The notes under the pieces are model-generated. The model was given only the letters and a program-made list of their open reading frames with translations, was not told the origin of the DNA and made no database searches. Below, piece after piece: positions 1-13,226 of a stretch of 64,000 nucleotides of DNA. Where the stretch lies: assembly GCA_038496445.1 (NCBI GenBank), contig JALMLS010000466.1, positions 620,001-684,000 of the forward strand. Reading direction: 5' to 3'. The translations under genes and the position numbers were made by a program. The number at the start of each line of letters is the position of its first letter. Positions within the stretch are counted from its first letter, which is position 1. Origin of the DNA: Trichosphaerium sp. ATCC 40318. Lineage: Eukaryota > Protista > Tubulinea.

Positions 1-1007
1 AAATTCTTTTATACAGTTTTATAAAATTTTGTTGCTGCACCATGTTCGTGGTATTTTGTTGACTTGGTTTCTTTTAGTCGCTAGAAGAGCAAAATGCAAA
101 GTTATTAAGAGAAAAAAAACAAAAGAAAAAAAGTCAAGATATAAGTCAATTCGTTCTTGAAAATCATACTCTCACAGAGCGACTACGGGTGCGTTTATAT
201 AAATACCAACCCGATAGGGTCTTGCTTGATATTAATAGTATCTATGTCAAGTACATAGGCAAAGACCCAAAGCCCTAGTTGTTCGAATTGTGGTTTTACG
301 TTTTTTACTTACTGTTGCTTTCTTTAGAGTGCTTATACACATATACGACAGCTGGAGAAGACTCAATTACAGTTTGAAAAGGAGAAGCGTATGTATAATG
401 TACAACGTAATTCTTTAAGTAAATACGAAATGCAATATACACGAGAGCTTAAAAAACGCGAAGAATTACAAAATCTTGTTGCTAAGCTTGCCATACGTCC
501 TCATCGTCAAGTACGTCTCAGAAACAAACAACTACTTTTTTTGTATATTTTCATTACGGCATGCTTTGTTTTTACATGAATTGCAAGAGTTGTATCTGCC
601 AAGTCATCCAAGAAAGTTTTTTTTTTTCCAAGTTTTTTTTTGACATGGTTTTTTTTTCAGAGACGACCTGAAGAGTTTGGGGAATTAGAAATTTCAATGT
701 TTCAACTTGAACTTGAAGCAAAACGTGTTTTAGCTGCAGCTAAAAAGAATATGTATAAGAATGAGGATTCGTACGTGGTTGCAAGGAGCATCTTTGTCAA
801 AAAAACCAAACTTTTCGTGCACATGTTTTTGTTTTAAATTATCACGTGATACTCACGTGATTTTAATTTAGATGGTATGGTATGGCACCAGCTATTTTCG
901 GTGGTTTCGCTTCTGGTTGTATTCTTGTTATGACACTGACATACAGTAACCTTCTTCTTGCACTTTTTCTTGCACTTGGATTTTTGGTTGCTGCGTTCGC
1001 TCTGTAA
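1..1007 (+). CDS. Partial spliced gene: coiled-coil protein with C-terminal hydrophobic (tail-anchor-like) segments
   Basis: Exons ~330-510, 661-770 and 872-1007 are joined by GT-AG introns. The charged helical sequence ends WYGMAPAIFGGFASGCILVMTLTYSNLLLALFLALGFLVAAFAL*. The 5' end is unresolved or outside the window. Confidence 0.55.
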
Positions 1008-1451
1008 AAATAGTTAAAGGAGGAATTTTTCACTTTTTTCTTTTTTCGTCACTTGGAAAGAAGTATTTTGGTTAAGATGTACAGCAAATTGTAACATAAA
1101 TTAATAAAAAAATTATAGTTAAAAGTCATTGGCGGCCATTCTCACTGCAAACGTTTGCCAAACCTCAACCGGATTTAGCCTTTTGTAGGTTATAAAATGT
1201 GATGTTAGCTACCACATTATTGCAGGCTAAATATACAGCTAGCGAAAGTTGTTTTACAAAGGAGAAATTGTTAAGCTTTGGATGAAAGTGTCAAACGTCG
1301 TTTTGGATTAAAAGTCAAGCGAGTTCACAACCAATTATACATTCTTCATTAATACATAGCACTGTTACGTTCTGTACTAGTTGCTGTCGATTTGCTGCGC
1401 ATACAAACGCGTCTGGAAGAGCAAAACCTTATTATACCATTCTCTGGTATA

Positions 1452-2265
1452 ATGGAAACTAGGCAAGCCCATAAACGGTACGGTGATTAAGGCAGGTGTA
1501 CTGTTGATATTCTAAAGCCTCTGTAGTATTGAGAAACCAAATCTAGCTTGCTTGCTCCTCTCATTGCCTCTAGAGATACAACACTTTATTTTTCAATCAT
1601 CTCCGGCAGTTTTTAGAGTTTGGCCTTGTTTAAACCGTCAAGCAGCAACTACTTCTCGCTTTGACTCTAATCTCAATAGAAATGGACTATTCAAGTTATG
1701 GTATAAGAATAACAAAATAAAAGAGCAAGTGAGATACACCCATGGTATTAAAGATGGTAAATATGAACAATGGTATAGAAATGGAAACCCAAAGTTATTG
1801 GCTTTCTACAAGGACGGATTACTTGAAGGAGACTACAAGGAATGGCAAAAGAGTCCAAGAAATCAACTTAGTAAAGAGTGGTGTTATACAAGAGGTAAAA
1901 GAGAAGGAATACAAAGAACATGGAGACCAAGACTTGATATGGTAACAATTACTATGTATATAAATGACATAAAATTTGGGAAAGAAGAGTGTTTTATTGA
2001 TGACAAGTTAAGCTATTCTTGCTTTTATATTGATGGTAAGTTATCTGGATGTTATGAAGAGTACTCAAATGGTATAAAAGTTAATAGTATACGATACAGT
2101 CATGGTAAACTTAATGGACATTTTAATTCTTATCATGAAAATGGTGTACTAGCTGAAGCTTGTATGTATGTTAATGACTTGAAAGAAGGAGAATATAAAA
2201 AATGGAGTGATACAGGGGACTTGATAGACCACTGTTTTTATCACCTAGATGAACGTCTTAATTAA
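1452..2265 (+). CDS. F-box + MORN-variant (YwqK-like) repeat protein
   Basis: ATG 1452, phase-2 intron 1478-1526 (GTACGG..TGTAG), F-box-like LLSLPLEIQHFIF, then repeats of the type Y-x-x-G-x-K-x-G-x-Y-x-x-W-Y-x-N-G. Confidence 0.8.
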
Positions 2266-2560
2266 GTTAAAAGGTGCACTGGAAGAAGATTTTTGTTGAC
2301 AGATGTATTGAAGCTTCCAGACAAGTCTACAAGTCCGTATGTACCTAATACTGTAGTAGGCAAACTACAAAACAAGTGTCCAAGTGGCCTAATGAAAACC
2401 ACGCGACCGACTTTGAATTGTAAACAAATGACATGAATTTTTTCTGAAATGTTGTTTGATTCCCGCTCTTTCTGCGACAAGTCATATCATTTGTTGTCAT
2501 CGCTGCAACAGGTTTAATAGTGCGATAAGCCGCTAGAGAAGAAATAGTTTAAACGTTACA

Positions 2561-3489
2561 ATGGAGTCTAATAGAAATCAAAGGTACCAATAGCTACGCG
2601 TATCTAAGTCACTCTTAACGCCTCCAATAGAGCCAAAGTTAGCATTACAGAGTTTCCAGCGGAGATTTTAGCGCATATTTTACTGTATACAACAAAATCG
2701 CGTTATGCGGCTTGTCAGACATGTCATTGCTTCGCTTCTATTGTACATGATATTATAGGATACAAAAATAGCGTTGTAACAGTTAAAACACTTTCTCAAG
2801 CTGAAGCGCTTGTAAAACATTCGGCTTTTCTGAGAAACACAAAGTTTGTTTTAGGTCATACTTTTCCTGCAAGCTCCTTGAAACTATTTGCTGGCGTTCA
2901 CACAATTTATATTTTTGGCATCCCAATAACAGATGAAGGGCTCAAAGCACTTGCAGGCGTTCATACTATAAGCCTTAGAAATACTCCTGTGACAGATGAA
3001 GGAATCAAAGAATTAGCTGGTGTTCATACTATCAATCTTGTTGGCACCTTTGTTAAAGATGAAGGTATTATGGCGCTTGCTGGTGTTCATACTATTGACC
3101 TTAGAGGTACTGAAGTAACAGATGAAGGCATTAAGTCTCTTGCTGGTGTGTATGATATAGACCTTGGTATGACTGCAATCACAGATGAGGGGATAAAGGC
3201 ACTTGCTGGCGTTCACTGTATTAATCTTGATGACACTTCAGTAACAGATGAAGGTCTTAAATCTCTTGCAGGAGTTCATACCATCGGCCTTAAAAATTGT
3301 GAAGAAATAACTGATGAAGGAGTTAAGGCACTTGCTGGTGTTCATACTATCAGTGTTAGTTGCACTGAAATTACAGATGAAGGAATCAAGGCACTTGTTG
3401 GTGTTCATACCATTGACATTACATGTACTGGTGTTACGGATGAAGGAATACAAGCTCTTGTTGATGTATACTCTGTTACATTTGATTGA
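2561..3489 (+). CDS. F-box + leucine-rich repeat protein (LAGVHTIxL..TDEGIK repeats)
   Basis: ATG 2561, phase-2 intron 2584-2630, F-box SITEFPAEILAHILLY..ACQTCHCF in frame with the 2878 ORF, and ~10 repeats of ~21-22 aa. Confidence 0.85.
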
Positions 3490-3802
3490 ACTGAAATTAC
3501 AGAAGATGCACTCAAAATGCTTGGCGTGACTCTATATTAATTACAATGCGCAATAGTAGGCAAGAGATATCTTGTCATAATAAACTAACAACATTTTATT
3601 TTGTTATTTTCTTGTAGAGTTATTGCTCTTGCCTTTCTCCGAAAGCAAATTGCTAGCAAGGTACTTCTTTTGTGCTCCCATTTCAATTTGGTGACGTGAC
3701 AGGGATGTTTTTAGCGTCTCAGCAGAAAGCTAGACCAGATGCTTCTTGTACAGTACACATGGTTGGAACTGAAACGTATGGTACATGGTAAATGTATATA
3801 TT

Positions 3803-4628
3803 TTACATTGTAGCACAAGTGCGTGATGCTACAGGTTTCTCCTTTTTTACTAATCCCATTCTTCTTGTCTCATCTACAAGTGATAGAAAAACGTTGTCAA
3901 CATTATCTCCTGTTTTTGAGGAAGCTTCAAAGAATGGACAATTCAGTTGCTCTGCAAGAGCTTCACCTTCTTCTTTAGATACTTCTCGATCATCACTTTC
4001 ATCTGTTTTAGTACCTACCAATACTAAAGCAAACTCTGAAGTCCCTCTTGTGCTAAAGCAAGTAAACATAAACTTTCTAGCCAACCAAGCTTTCTACGTA
4101 CTCTTGTAGTTGTTTCTGTATAGTTAATACTTCTTCTAAAGACTCTTTATCAGTCACTGAATATACTAAAACGAAGCCATGTGCACGTGTAATCATCTAC
4201 GTTTGGTTAACATTGTAAGTTGGTCATGTTTTTTAAAATGGTATTTATGGTTTATCACGTGTAGATCTTTGCGTAAAATGGTGTTTTAGTCGTACTCACG
4301 TCTAGTTTAAGTTCTTCATTGTACTGAGGGCGAATATCAATAACATCAATTAGGCACACTTCGTTTTTGTGCGTAAGTTGTTTTCGGACACGGCCTTCTA
4401 TTGTAGGATCTATGGTTTACGTAAAATACGCATAAAAAGTACTATTGCGATGGTTTGCGTTAGCGCTTGTTCATGAAATTGTAAAATTAGAAAATGAAAC
4501 GCGCAATGCGAGTGTAAGAACGCTGACGTACCGAATTCGTCAACAAAAATGTATTGAGTGTATCTTATTACTAAAGCCGATTTACCTGCGCCTTTTGCTC
4601 CAAGAACAACGAAATCATAACTTGTCAT
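3803..4628 (-). CDS. Divergent Ras/Rap-family small GTPase (4 exons)
   Basis: G1 GAKGAGKS, effector loop F-DPTIE, G3 position DIRPQ, GFVLVYSVTD, G4 TKTD, G5 EASSK, CAAX CATM. Confidence 0.85.
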
Positions 4629-4939
4629 AAGTTTAGTACAAGAACAGCGCTTCTAGATTCCGTTAAAGTCTGTTTCGAGGTCAGCCGTGGTCTTATTTGA
4701 AGTTTTATTGCAGCATCTTTGTAGACGCTCGTGCTGGCGTACTATGCTCTAGCATCATTGTCAATCTCATTTGCGGGTTATCACGTGCATTAACCATAAG
4801 ATTCGTGATGATAGCATCAACCTTTACCCTGGTAATTAGTGCCCTGGTAGAAAAACATCACAAACACTTTCACATAACCGTTGCGCTAGTAACAACTCCT
4901 TTGATTTTAAACCAACAATAACCACACAACATCAACAGT

Positions 4940-5656
4940 ATGTCTGTATTTTCCTACAACACAACGCAAGCTTTACCATGCCGGGCATGTGGCAACGGAT
5001 TCAGGTATTGTATTTTTTTGGTTTATCGGATCGAAGTATAAGCTAAATCGTCGCTCTCTTTACAGAGATCTAGATCATATAGTACTGTTTGAAAACTTCC
5101 GATTCCATCTTCGCTGTTTTAAATGCCAAGGATGCGGAAAACAGTTTAATGACCCAAGTGAACCAAAGGTACGCTATTATGATCGCATTTAAAACAAAGA
5201 AACAAACGCTTTTCGCACGTGATTTTTTTTGATTATAATTGGGCTATTTTAATCACTTTTTAGGGCGTCAGAAACCTTCCGTATTGGTACACGCTTACAG
5301 CGACTTGTTTTTTGTTAAAAATTAGCTAACGATTTAAATAGTGAGGGTGCTTGTTTTGACAAGGCTTCAGAGATACTCTGTGAGGGATGCAAGAAACCGT
5401 TTGTACCTGGAGATCAAATAATGTCAGTGAGGCAGCTAGGTAGCAAGAAGTTTCACGTGGGATGTTTTAATTGTAGCAAATGCGGAGCAGCTATAACACA
5501 ATCATACAGGCACGCACTAACCATCTGTTGAAGAAAAAAATCGCAAGAATTGATTGAGTTGACATTAACTTTTTTTGTAGAATAAACAAAGACAAACAAG
5601 TATTGTGCACGTCCTGCGCTGGTGTTAGACGCCATAATTTCAAGAAGACATGGTAA
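4940..5656 (+). CDS. Two LIM zinc-finger domains (stand-alone gene or N-terminus of the downstream RasGAP-RGS gene)
   Basis: Spliced reading gives CRAC..FHLRCFKCQGC..YCEGAC and CEGC..FHVGCFNCSKC..LCTSC, with a GC-AG intron at 5510-5580. It ends either at TGG-TAA 5651-5656 or at a GT donor there. Confidence 0.75.
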
Positions 5657-6049
5657 TAGAGTCTACTTTAGCGTTAGGAGGCGCCTTGTACAAAAAGATT
5701 AAAAAAATATTTAAAATGTTTGTGTTATCGGTGACTTGGTGTTTTTACACGTTGACTACGCGTAGAGGTATAATTTCAGTACAGTAGCCAAGAACGAATT
5801 TGGAAATAACGAACGAATATAAAAATCAAGTTTCTTTTTTAGTGTTTTTATTTAAACACGCAGTGGCTCTTACTAGCTACAAACGTGGTTGCCTTTGTGA
5901 ATTGTGTCGCCAATAAAAAAATGATGGTTGTAGACCTGGCAATCGCTGTAATAGACCTGTACATGCGTAAGTATTGCTAGCGCAGTTGACAAGGAACATG
6001 TGCGACTATTTGCAGAAAATGGTCGTTAACATTTTTGTACCCTACAATA

Positions 6050-9000
6050 GTGTTCACACGTTAGTACAAACCCTACTTATGGTAGTTATTCAGCAATGAG
6101 GTACGTGTCCGTTTTGCGTTTCAATCGCGTAATAAAAACGCCATTGCGTTAAAACTGTAATAGTAGTGGTCCACAGGCTGGTAAAACCGATGAGGTGGAC
6201 CTGTTGATACAATATCATCAAAACCGCCTCGCACAATTACAAGCGAAAAAGCGATCATTGGAGATTGCTCTGGGCGCAGATACTAATTTGGGTACGCTTT
6301 TTTGCGCTCGATAAAAAGCCAAAACATTTTAGGAACAGATTCAAGCGAGAAGAGTAAAACCATTCAATTCCAAAATGCCATAGGATTCATCAGCACAGAA
6401 ACAAAGCTCGCAGCGCTCGAAGAGGTAAAATCTATAACGCAAAAACCTATGTTATACGTTTACACACGTTAAACGGACGTTCGTAACGTATATGCGAATT
6501 TCTAGAAACCAAAATCGTCAACCTGTGCACGCCTTTCTTACTTGTGTTTCAGTTTATGGTTTCACACGAAGGCATGGGGTTTCTAGATATTTTAGACTCT
6601 GTCATAGGTACAGGGCAAGATGCCGAAAAAATGACAGCGGGTATATTGGGTATTTACCATCGGTACGTATTATTCAATCTTTTGCGTGCATTCTAACCTC
6701 GCCTTTGGCTTTTGCTGAAAACAATAATTCGCCCAACCTTTTAAATCACTACGCGTGTTGTATATTGGCACAAAAGCGTTGAGGGTTGAACTGAAAAGCT
6801 TTTCGCGGCGTCATTTGGTTTTTTTCAAAAACACCTAAACCATTCAACGAAAGTTGCATCAACTCTTTATGCGTTGATAGTTGCGCGAAGAAAAAATTTT
6901 GACTTTTTACAACGAGGAGAGTTCTTTAAGTTTTAACTTTTTGTGTTTTTAATAGGCGTGGACGTTCTATGGAATTGATAAAGCATGTTGTTGCAATTGA
7001 AGTTGATAGGAATAAAAATCTGGCTACAATGTTTCGAGCTGAGCAACTACCTACGCGCATTCTACGTTGCTATACGCGTACGATAGGCAAAAAATATTGT
7101 ATACAAACACTGGGACCACTTATAAACAAGGTTTGTAATGATAACGTCACATTAGAGGTACGAACAATAGATTCATTCTTTTTTTTGTAAACTTTTGAAA
7201 AGAAAAAAGTTCGAGCGTGTGGTGGCAGGTCCTAGTAATATTTTTTTGCCGATTATCTATTGTAATAGATGCTCATGAATTAAAAATATGGGATAAAGCA
7301 AGTTTCATTAAAAACATCGCATCTTGTTCTCCGCCACCGCCTGTTTTGTTTTGTGCTTTTTTTTTTAACTTTTTTTTTGTTGCTTTTAGGTCAATCCAAG
7401 TTTGCACGATCTTACTGAAACACAACTCAAAACAAATTTATTGAGTCTTCAACACTGGACACAAAAATTCTTGAACAGGATTCTGGGTTCAATAGATGAA
7501 CTCCCTTGGGAGTTTCACAGTATTTCTGCTTACATTGCTGATAAAGTTGCTGAAAAATGGGGAGAACAAAATAAGAGGCTAGCTGTGGCATCATTTATAT
7601 TTTTACGATTTATTTGTACGTACATCAACGCCACCAATGTTGAGTTTTAAGAAAAAATAAGGAAAGAGTTTCAATTAACTTTTTTTTTCTTCGAAAATAG
7701 GTCCTTGTATCACTTCGCCTGCAAAATTTGGTTTACAACAAGGTTCTATGGCTGTTCGTAGGACTTTATTACTTATTGGAAAGATTCTACAAAATTTGGC
7801 GAATGGAACGCCTTTCAAAGAGCTCTATCTCCTTGATTTACAGAAGTATGTAATTTTTTTTGGCATTTCTTTGCTTTCGGTGTTGACAGTTGCCTAGGTT
7901 TTTAAAGCAAAATGAAGAACCAGTTACCGAATTTGTACAAAAACTGTGTTTGTTTCCTTCTGTGCCTAATGGAAAGAGCCCACACGTTATAAAATTGGTA
8001 CTGTTGCAACGTCTTTGATAAGATTTTCCAAAAAAAAAAAACCATTGACTTAAGTTGATGGCATTCATTAGGCAACAGAGTTGTACAAGCGAAAAGAAAA
8101 ACTGAAGAAAACTATATCAAAGACAAAATACGAAAAACTCAAGCTGTACAAGTCAGTAGCACCAGCACTAACGAATGATTTGGTAGCTTCTATAGAGAAC
8201 TTACAAGGTACAATTTTAAACTATAAAAATAGTTTGACCTTGCTTCTACTTGCTCCATCTCTAATCATGACCTTTAGTTCTTGTTGGTGAGAATGCACCA
8301 AAGAAACATGATCCTCAGATTCAGAGACTTATTCGTATGCTTACTATGAACCGTGGACTTATTGATGTGATTGTGACAACTAGTTTTAAGAGAAACAGGA
8401 ACCTACTTTCAGTAAGCAAAAAAACCCCAACCATTTCTATTTTCTTTGTTACCTTTGTACTTTACCATAACCATGTCAACATAGTAGAATTAGTTTTTAT
8501 ATCCACTATGTATCTAACGCATTACTAGTCGTCGTATTTGGCCGATTCAATGGCAGTTTTGTTTCATGCTAATGACAAGTTACCTGAAATCATATCTGCT
8601 GTTTTATCACTTAGAAAAGAAAAACCAGATGCAGCAAACAATGTAGTTAATGCATTACTTACAGCGTTTTGTTCACGATACTGTAAATCATGGATAAAAA
8701 AAGTAGTTGGTGATTTGGCTACAGTTGATATTGAGGTTCGTTTTAACCAAAGGCTTTATCTTTAATCATCCGTTATCTTGTACAAATACAATCGGATTTT
8801 TATTTATTTTAGCTCAATCCACTACATGTTGATCCGCATGATAAAGCATGGACAAAGCAAAAGGCTTATGCTAAGCTAAAGATGGTTTCAATGACTTTTG
8901 TTGATAATATTTGTACCAACCTTAGCAGTACGTTGGTTTTTTTTTACCTGCAGTTCCATTTGTTCAAATCCTACTTTTTTCTTCTCCCTACCATAGACAC

Positions 9001-12000
9001 CTCGCTGAATAAAAACCAGCATGTTCATCATAAAGGTGGTGAAAAAAAGCGTAGAATTAGAACAATTTGAACTGTACTGTGACTTTATGTTTGTTCTTAT
9101 CATTTTTGTTATAAAAGGCATGCCAGACGGATTATGGAAGATTTGTAATGTCTTAGCTAAAGACGGACAGTCTATTTTCCGGATACTTTTTTTGAATTTT
9201 TTCTCTGTAGCTATTGCAGATCCTGACATTTATGATATTGTAAAACGTGCGTTTGGGTTATTTATAGATTCTATAGATCGAATTCTTTTTCGATGTATTA
9301 ATACCCTACTTACTTGATTGTAGCGGAAGAGTTAACACCAAAAGCGAGAAGATCTCTTATTCATGTTGCATCTGTATTTAAAAACTTTGCAAGCAAATCA
9401 GGATTCTTTATTGATGAAGAAGTAGTCAACGAAGAATGGTTAGACAAACTATATCTTTCAGCGAACCCACCAATTACTGATAAATACAATAGGCTTTCTA
9501 GTGCTCATGATATTCTTCAAAACTGGTCTCTAGAGGATATGGTAAGTGTCTTACGTGTAATACATGAAACTGACTACAAAAATAAGATGGTGTTACCTCA
9601 CGCTATAGTGTCTTGGTCGTCTGAACTAAAATCAATTGTATTGTACGTTCACAACATTTTGTTTGAAACCTAAATAATTTATAGTTTGAGTAAATGGATA
9701 CTCCAAAACCGTACTGTTTTAACAGACCATTTATCGAAACTACGCGCTAGAAAGGTACCAATATAACCCAAGCGTTGACAACGCAAGATATCAATATTTT
9801 TCCTAGAATGTGGAGTTTACAATCTTTGAATTGGTTTCTTCTTTGTATCCTGCTGAGGTTGAAAAACCAATACCTACCTCGATATCAAATTTATCATTAG
9901 GTAGTGATGTACGTGTAAAAAAACAAGATTAAATGCTATGAGGTAATAGTACTGACATGTTTTATTTAGTCAAATTCTGACAGACCAGCTAAAAGACCTG
10001 ATGGTTCTCTTTCTGCAAGGTTGGTTACACGAAAAGGTTTATTCCTCGGTTATGACTCAATTAATTTTTAGGGCAAAGGCACCTAATAGCTATGGTTCCA
10101 TGCCTACGAAGATTAAGACACCTGTGCGTGATTGGAGTTTAAAGAAACAGTCGTTTATATTGTTCATTAGATTTCTGCCAGAGAGCTTATTCGGCGACCA
10201 CCAAGGCGTTCTACTACGTATGCTGCTGGAAGCCTTAGTGAGGCATTAAAAACAATGGCCGCATCAGAGATACCAGAGGGGCTTAAAAAAAGTCGGAGAT
10301 CGTATGGACTCTATAAATTTAGGGCTTGATATTAAACATGTTTTGACGCTCTTATTCTAGATCTCATTTTGATTTTTCGAAGCTCAGAGTGGCTGCAAGC
10401 AGCGAGAGTCTATCCAAGATAAGTACAGTCGATAATCCAATGGATGTTATTATTTGCAGAGAGTCTGAAGTACAAAAGTTCAGAGTACACCTTCGGAATG
10501 CAGAGGTATAAAAAATAGAAATTCTTTAGTAAGCTTTCTTAACTTATCTTCTTTAATTCAAGGCTGAGTGCTTGTTGGACTTTATTGTAGCGGTTGATGC
10601 GTTTGCAAAAACTTCTTCTACGGCTTCAAAGACACCTGAGAGCAAGGCTTGTGCAGAAGAGATATTCGAAACATATTGTTCATCTAAAAGTGATAAATCT
10701 GTTGGGCTAAAAGGATTTGTGTTGAATGTAAGTTTTGTCTTACATTTTTTAAGTTACTAAGCAACTATTGTTGTAGAGATTAGAGTACATTATAGGAAAT
10801 AACCCATTCCCTTCTCCTAAAGCCTTTAAAGATGCAAGAAATTTTGTATTGAGCCGCTTGGAGAATGAGTTCTTTCCATCATTTAAAGAATCATTAACAC
10901 CTGGTATGTTCATCCTTTTATCTTAATTTCTAATAATGTTGTGGTTTTAGAAACTCTACGTGCTGTGAGAGAGTCTAAAGATGCTAGAGATGCACACAAG
11001 ACATCATCAAGTTCACCTGTGAACAAGCGAAGTCTTTCAATAAGTGGCAAACCGTGCGCTTAATAACTTTTTTTTTGCCCTTTGGTTAATAAGGCTTGGT
11101 AGAGCCACAATTATTGTTAATGAACCAAAATTTGGTATTACACTAAGTAACCCACATTGGTGTCATGCTTTTGCAGAATATCTTAAAGAGCAGCATGCCG
11201 GAGATGGGTTCCAATTCTTGCTTGAACTAGGTATGTTTTTTTTGTTGATTGGTTTCCTTACGCTTGATAGAAACATTCAAACGCATTACAACGGATAGTC
11301 TGCGTGAAACTAGAAGTAAAGAACTCTTTGACACGTACGTGTCCGCTGAATCACCACGTGCGATCAGTTTAGTCTATAGCACAGTTGAGGTACGTGAAAA
11401 TAATGAATGCTGTTTCCCCTCCTTTTTTTTTTCATTTAAACGCTTTTAACATGTTTCAGGCCATTACGGCATCTATTGCTGCCGGAGATGATAATCCATT
11501 TTCAATTGCTGAAAATACAGTTAAATCAATGTTACATCGGTTCTTTCAGACGTTCTTGAAATCACCTATATGCCCAAACAATAAGTACATTAAAAAAATC
11601 CTGATATTCATTCTTTCCCCATTTTTCTGTTATTGTCGTTTACTTTCGATGTTAATTGTTTTTTTAGAGCATACAGGGATCAAGAGCGAAGACTCACACT
11701 TGAGTCATTTGCTAGTTGTACGAAAAACCGCCTCTTGGGTGGCCAAGTAACTAACGATGATTTTTAGTGCAGAAATACAAGCAACAAGGCATGCAGCCTG
11801 TACAAGAATTACCCAAGTTTGATGTACCATTCTTTGGTTTATTATTCCGGAGATCAAGCTTAGTTGTCGATTTTTCAAAGTTTCTTGTACAGCACGGTAA
11901 AGAGTACTATCTACAATTTATCTTCGAAGAAGGTACCACCCTTTGAACTTTGAATGATCTTCCAGTGACATCATACATTATTAACTTTTTTTCTGTCTAG

Positions 12001-12998
12001 ATGTCTACAGACACCTCCAATATACCAAGCAGTTTGACAAACAATCAAATATTTTATATTCAAAGTATCTATCAAACAAAGCTTCTAAAAGAATTGACTT
12101 GACACCAGATGTTGCAGAGGTATTTGAATGCTTTGCTTTTTGTCCACTTGGCGGTTTAACAATTTACCTCTCTTTAGAAACTTGCTAAAAAGAGAATGGC
12201 TGTAAAGATTGATGGATCATTCTTTGATGAGGTCAAAGAAATGGTTCTTGGTAGATTACATAAACTATGGGCTCAGTTTTTGCAAACTTATAGGTTTGCT
12301 GGTCTTAGCAAGAAGGATAAGAGTACGTACTTATTTCAAGATGTGAATATGCATTTGTATTTCTTTGAATGTGTTAATCGTGTTGTTGCTTACTTCTTCT
12401 TAGCATTGACAAAGAAACAAGTCAAAAAGTGGGAATCTATTGCTTCTTATGAAATAATGAGGAAAAAACGTTTGGAGAATCAGCTATCACGTGAATCTTT
12501 TAATGATGTTTTTGATAATACTGTATTACTTGAGTCATTCCATAATTATCTATTTGAAAGGGAGAAACAACATAAATTATTATTCCTTCTAGAAGCACGT
12601 ACGTCAACTCCCTTTCTATTTTTTGATACATACTTGAAGATTTTGTTTGTATTTTTTTGACTTTCATTTCTAGGTCGTTTTGCACTTATGGATGATGCAA
12701 ATGATCAAGTTGCTACACATTTGTATTATGAATTCATTGCTGGTGAAGCAAAGAAACCAGTTAAAATAAGTACTGCAACAGCTAAGGTGAGTTTAATGAA
12801 ATTTTTGTTTGTTACTTTTTTTTTTTAAATTTTTTCTGACTAAGTTCTTTCTTTTAGACCGTTCAGAGAGCCCTAGTATCTCCTACAAATAGTATGTTTG
12901 TTTCAGCTGCATATGAAGTTCAGACTAACCTTGAGTGGTTCGAATTTACAGATTTTATAAACATGCCATCCAAAGCACGTCGCTCAGCTACAATGTAG
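6050..12998 (+). CDS. RasGAP + degenerate second RasGAP-like domain + four RGS domains (multi-exon)
   Basis: GAP1 has arginine finger TMFRAE, FIFLRFICPCITSP and KILQNLAN. GAP2 (~8530-9420) has LFLNFFSVAIADP. RGS motifs: LDFIVAVDAF..EIFETY; FAEYLKEQHAGDGFQFLLE; FSKFLVQHGKEYYLQF; FHNYLFEREKQHKLLFLLE. Stop TAG 12996-12998; start unresolved. Confidence 0.8.
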
Positions 12999-13226
12999 AA
13001 TGAACGTACTATGAAAAAAAAAAAAAAAACCATTGAATAAAAACTTAACTTGTAAACTGTATTGTTCAACTTTGTACACACGAAATGCAATATATATTCC
13101 CGTTGATCAATGCAGTGCTCATCATATGCTATCAGTTCTCTTGACGAAGGTGTACGCTAAAAAAGCGGTGTTAAGCAGGTCAATGTTGTTCTAACTCTTC
13201 CCAACTTGGCAGTTTGCAGTGTTACC

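Noticed and set aside
2880-3480. CRISPR-like periodic DNA repeats
   Set aside because: The ~63-66 nt periodicity is the coding LRR repeat.
3487-3489. Genome-wide TGA reassignment
   Set aside because: TGA terminates other genes normally (e.g. 15955, 38346, 42930), and I noticed no in-frame TGA in conserved exons.
1452-3540. Endogenous giant virus insertion
   Set aside because: There are no viral hallmark genes, only two genes are involved, and each has a spliceosomal intron.
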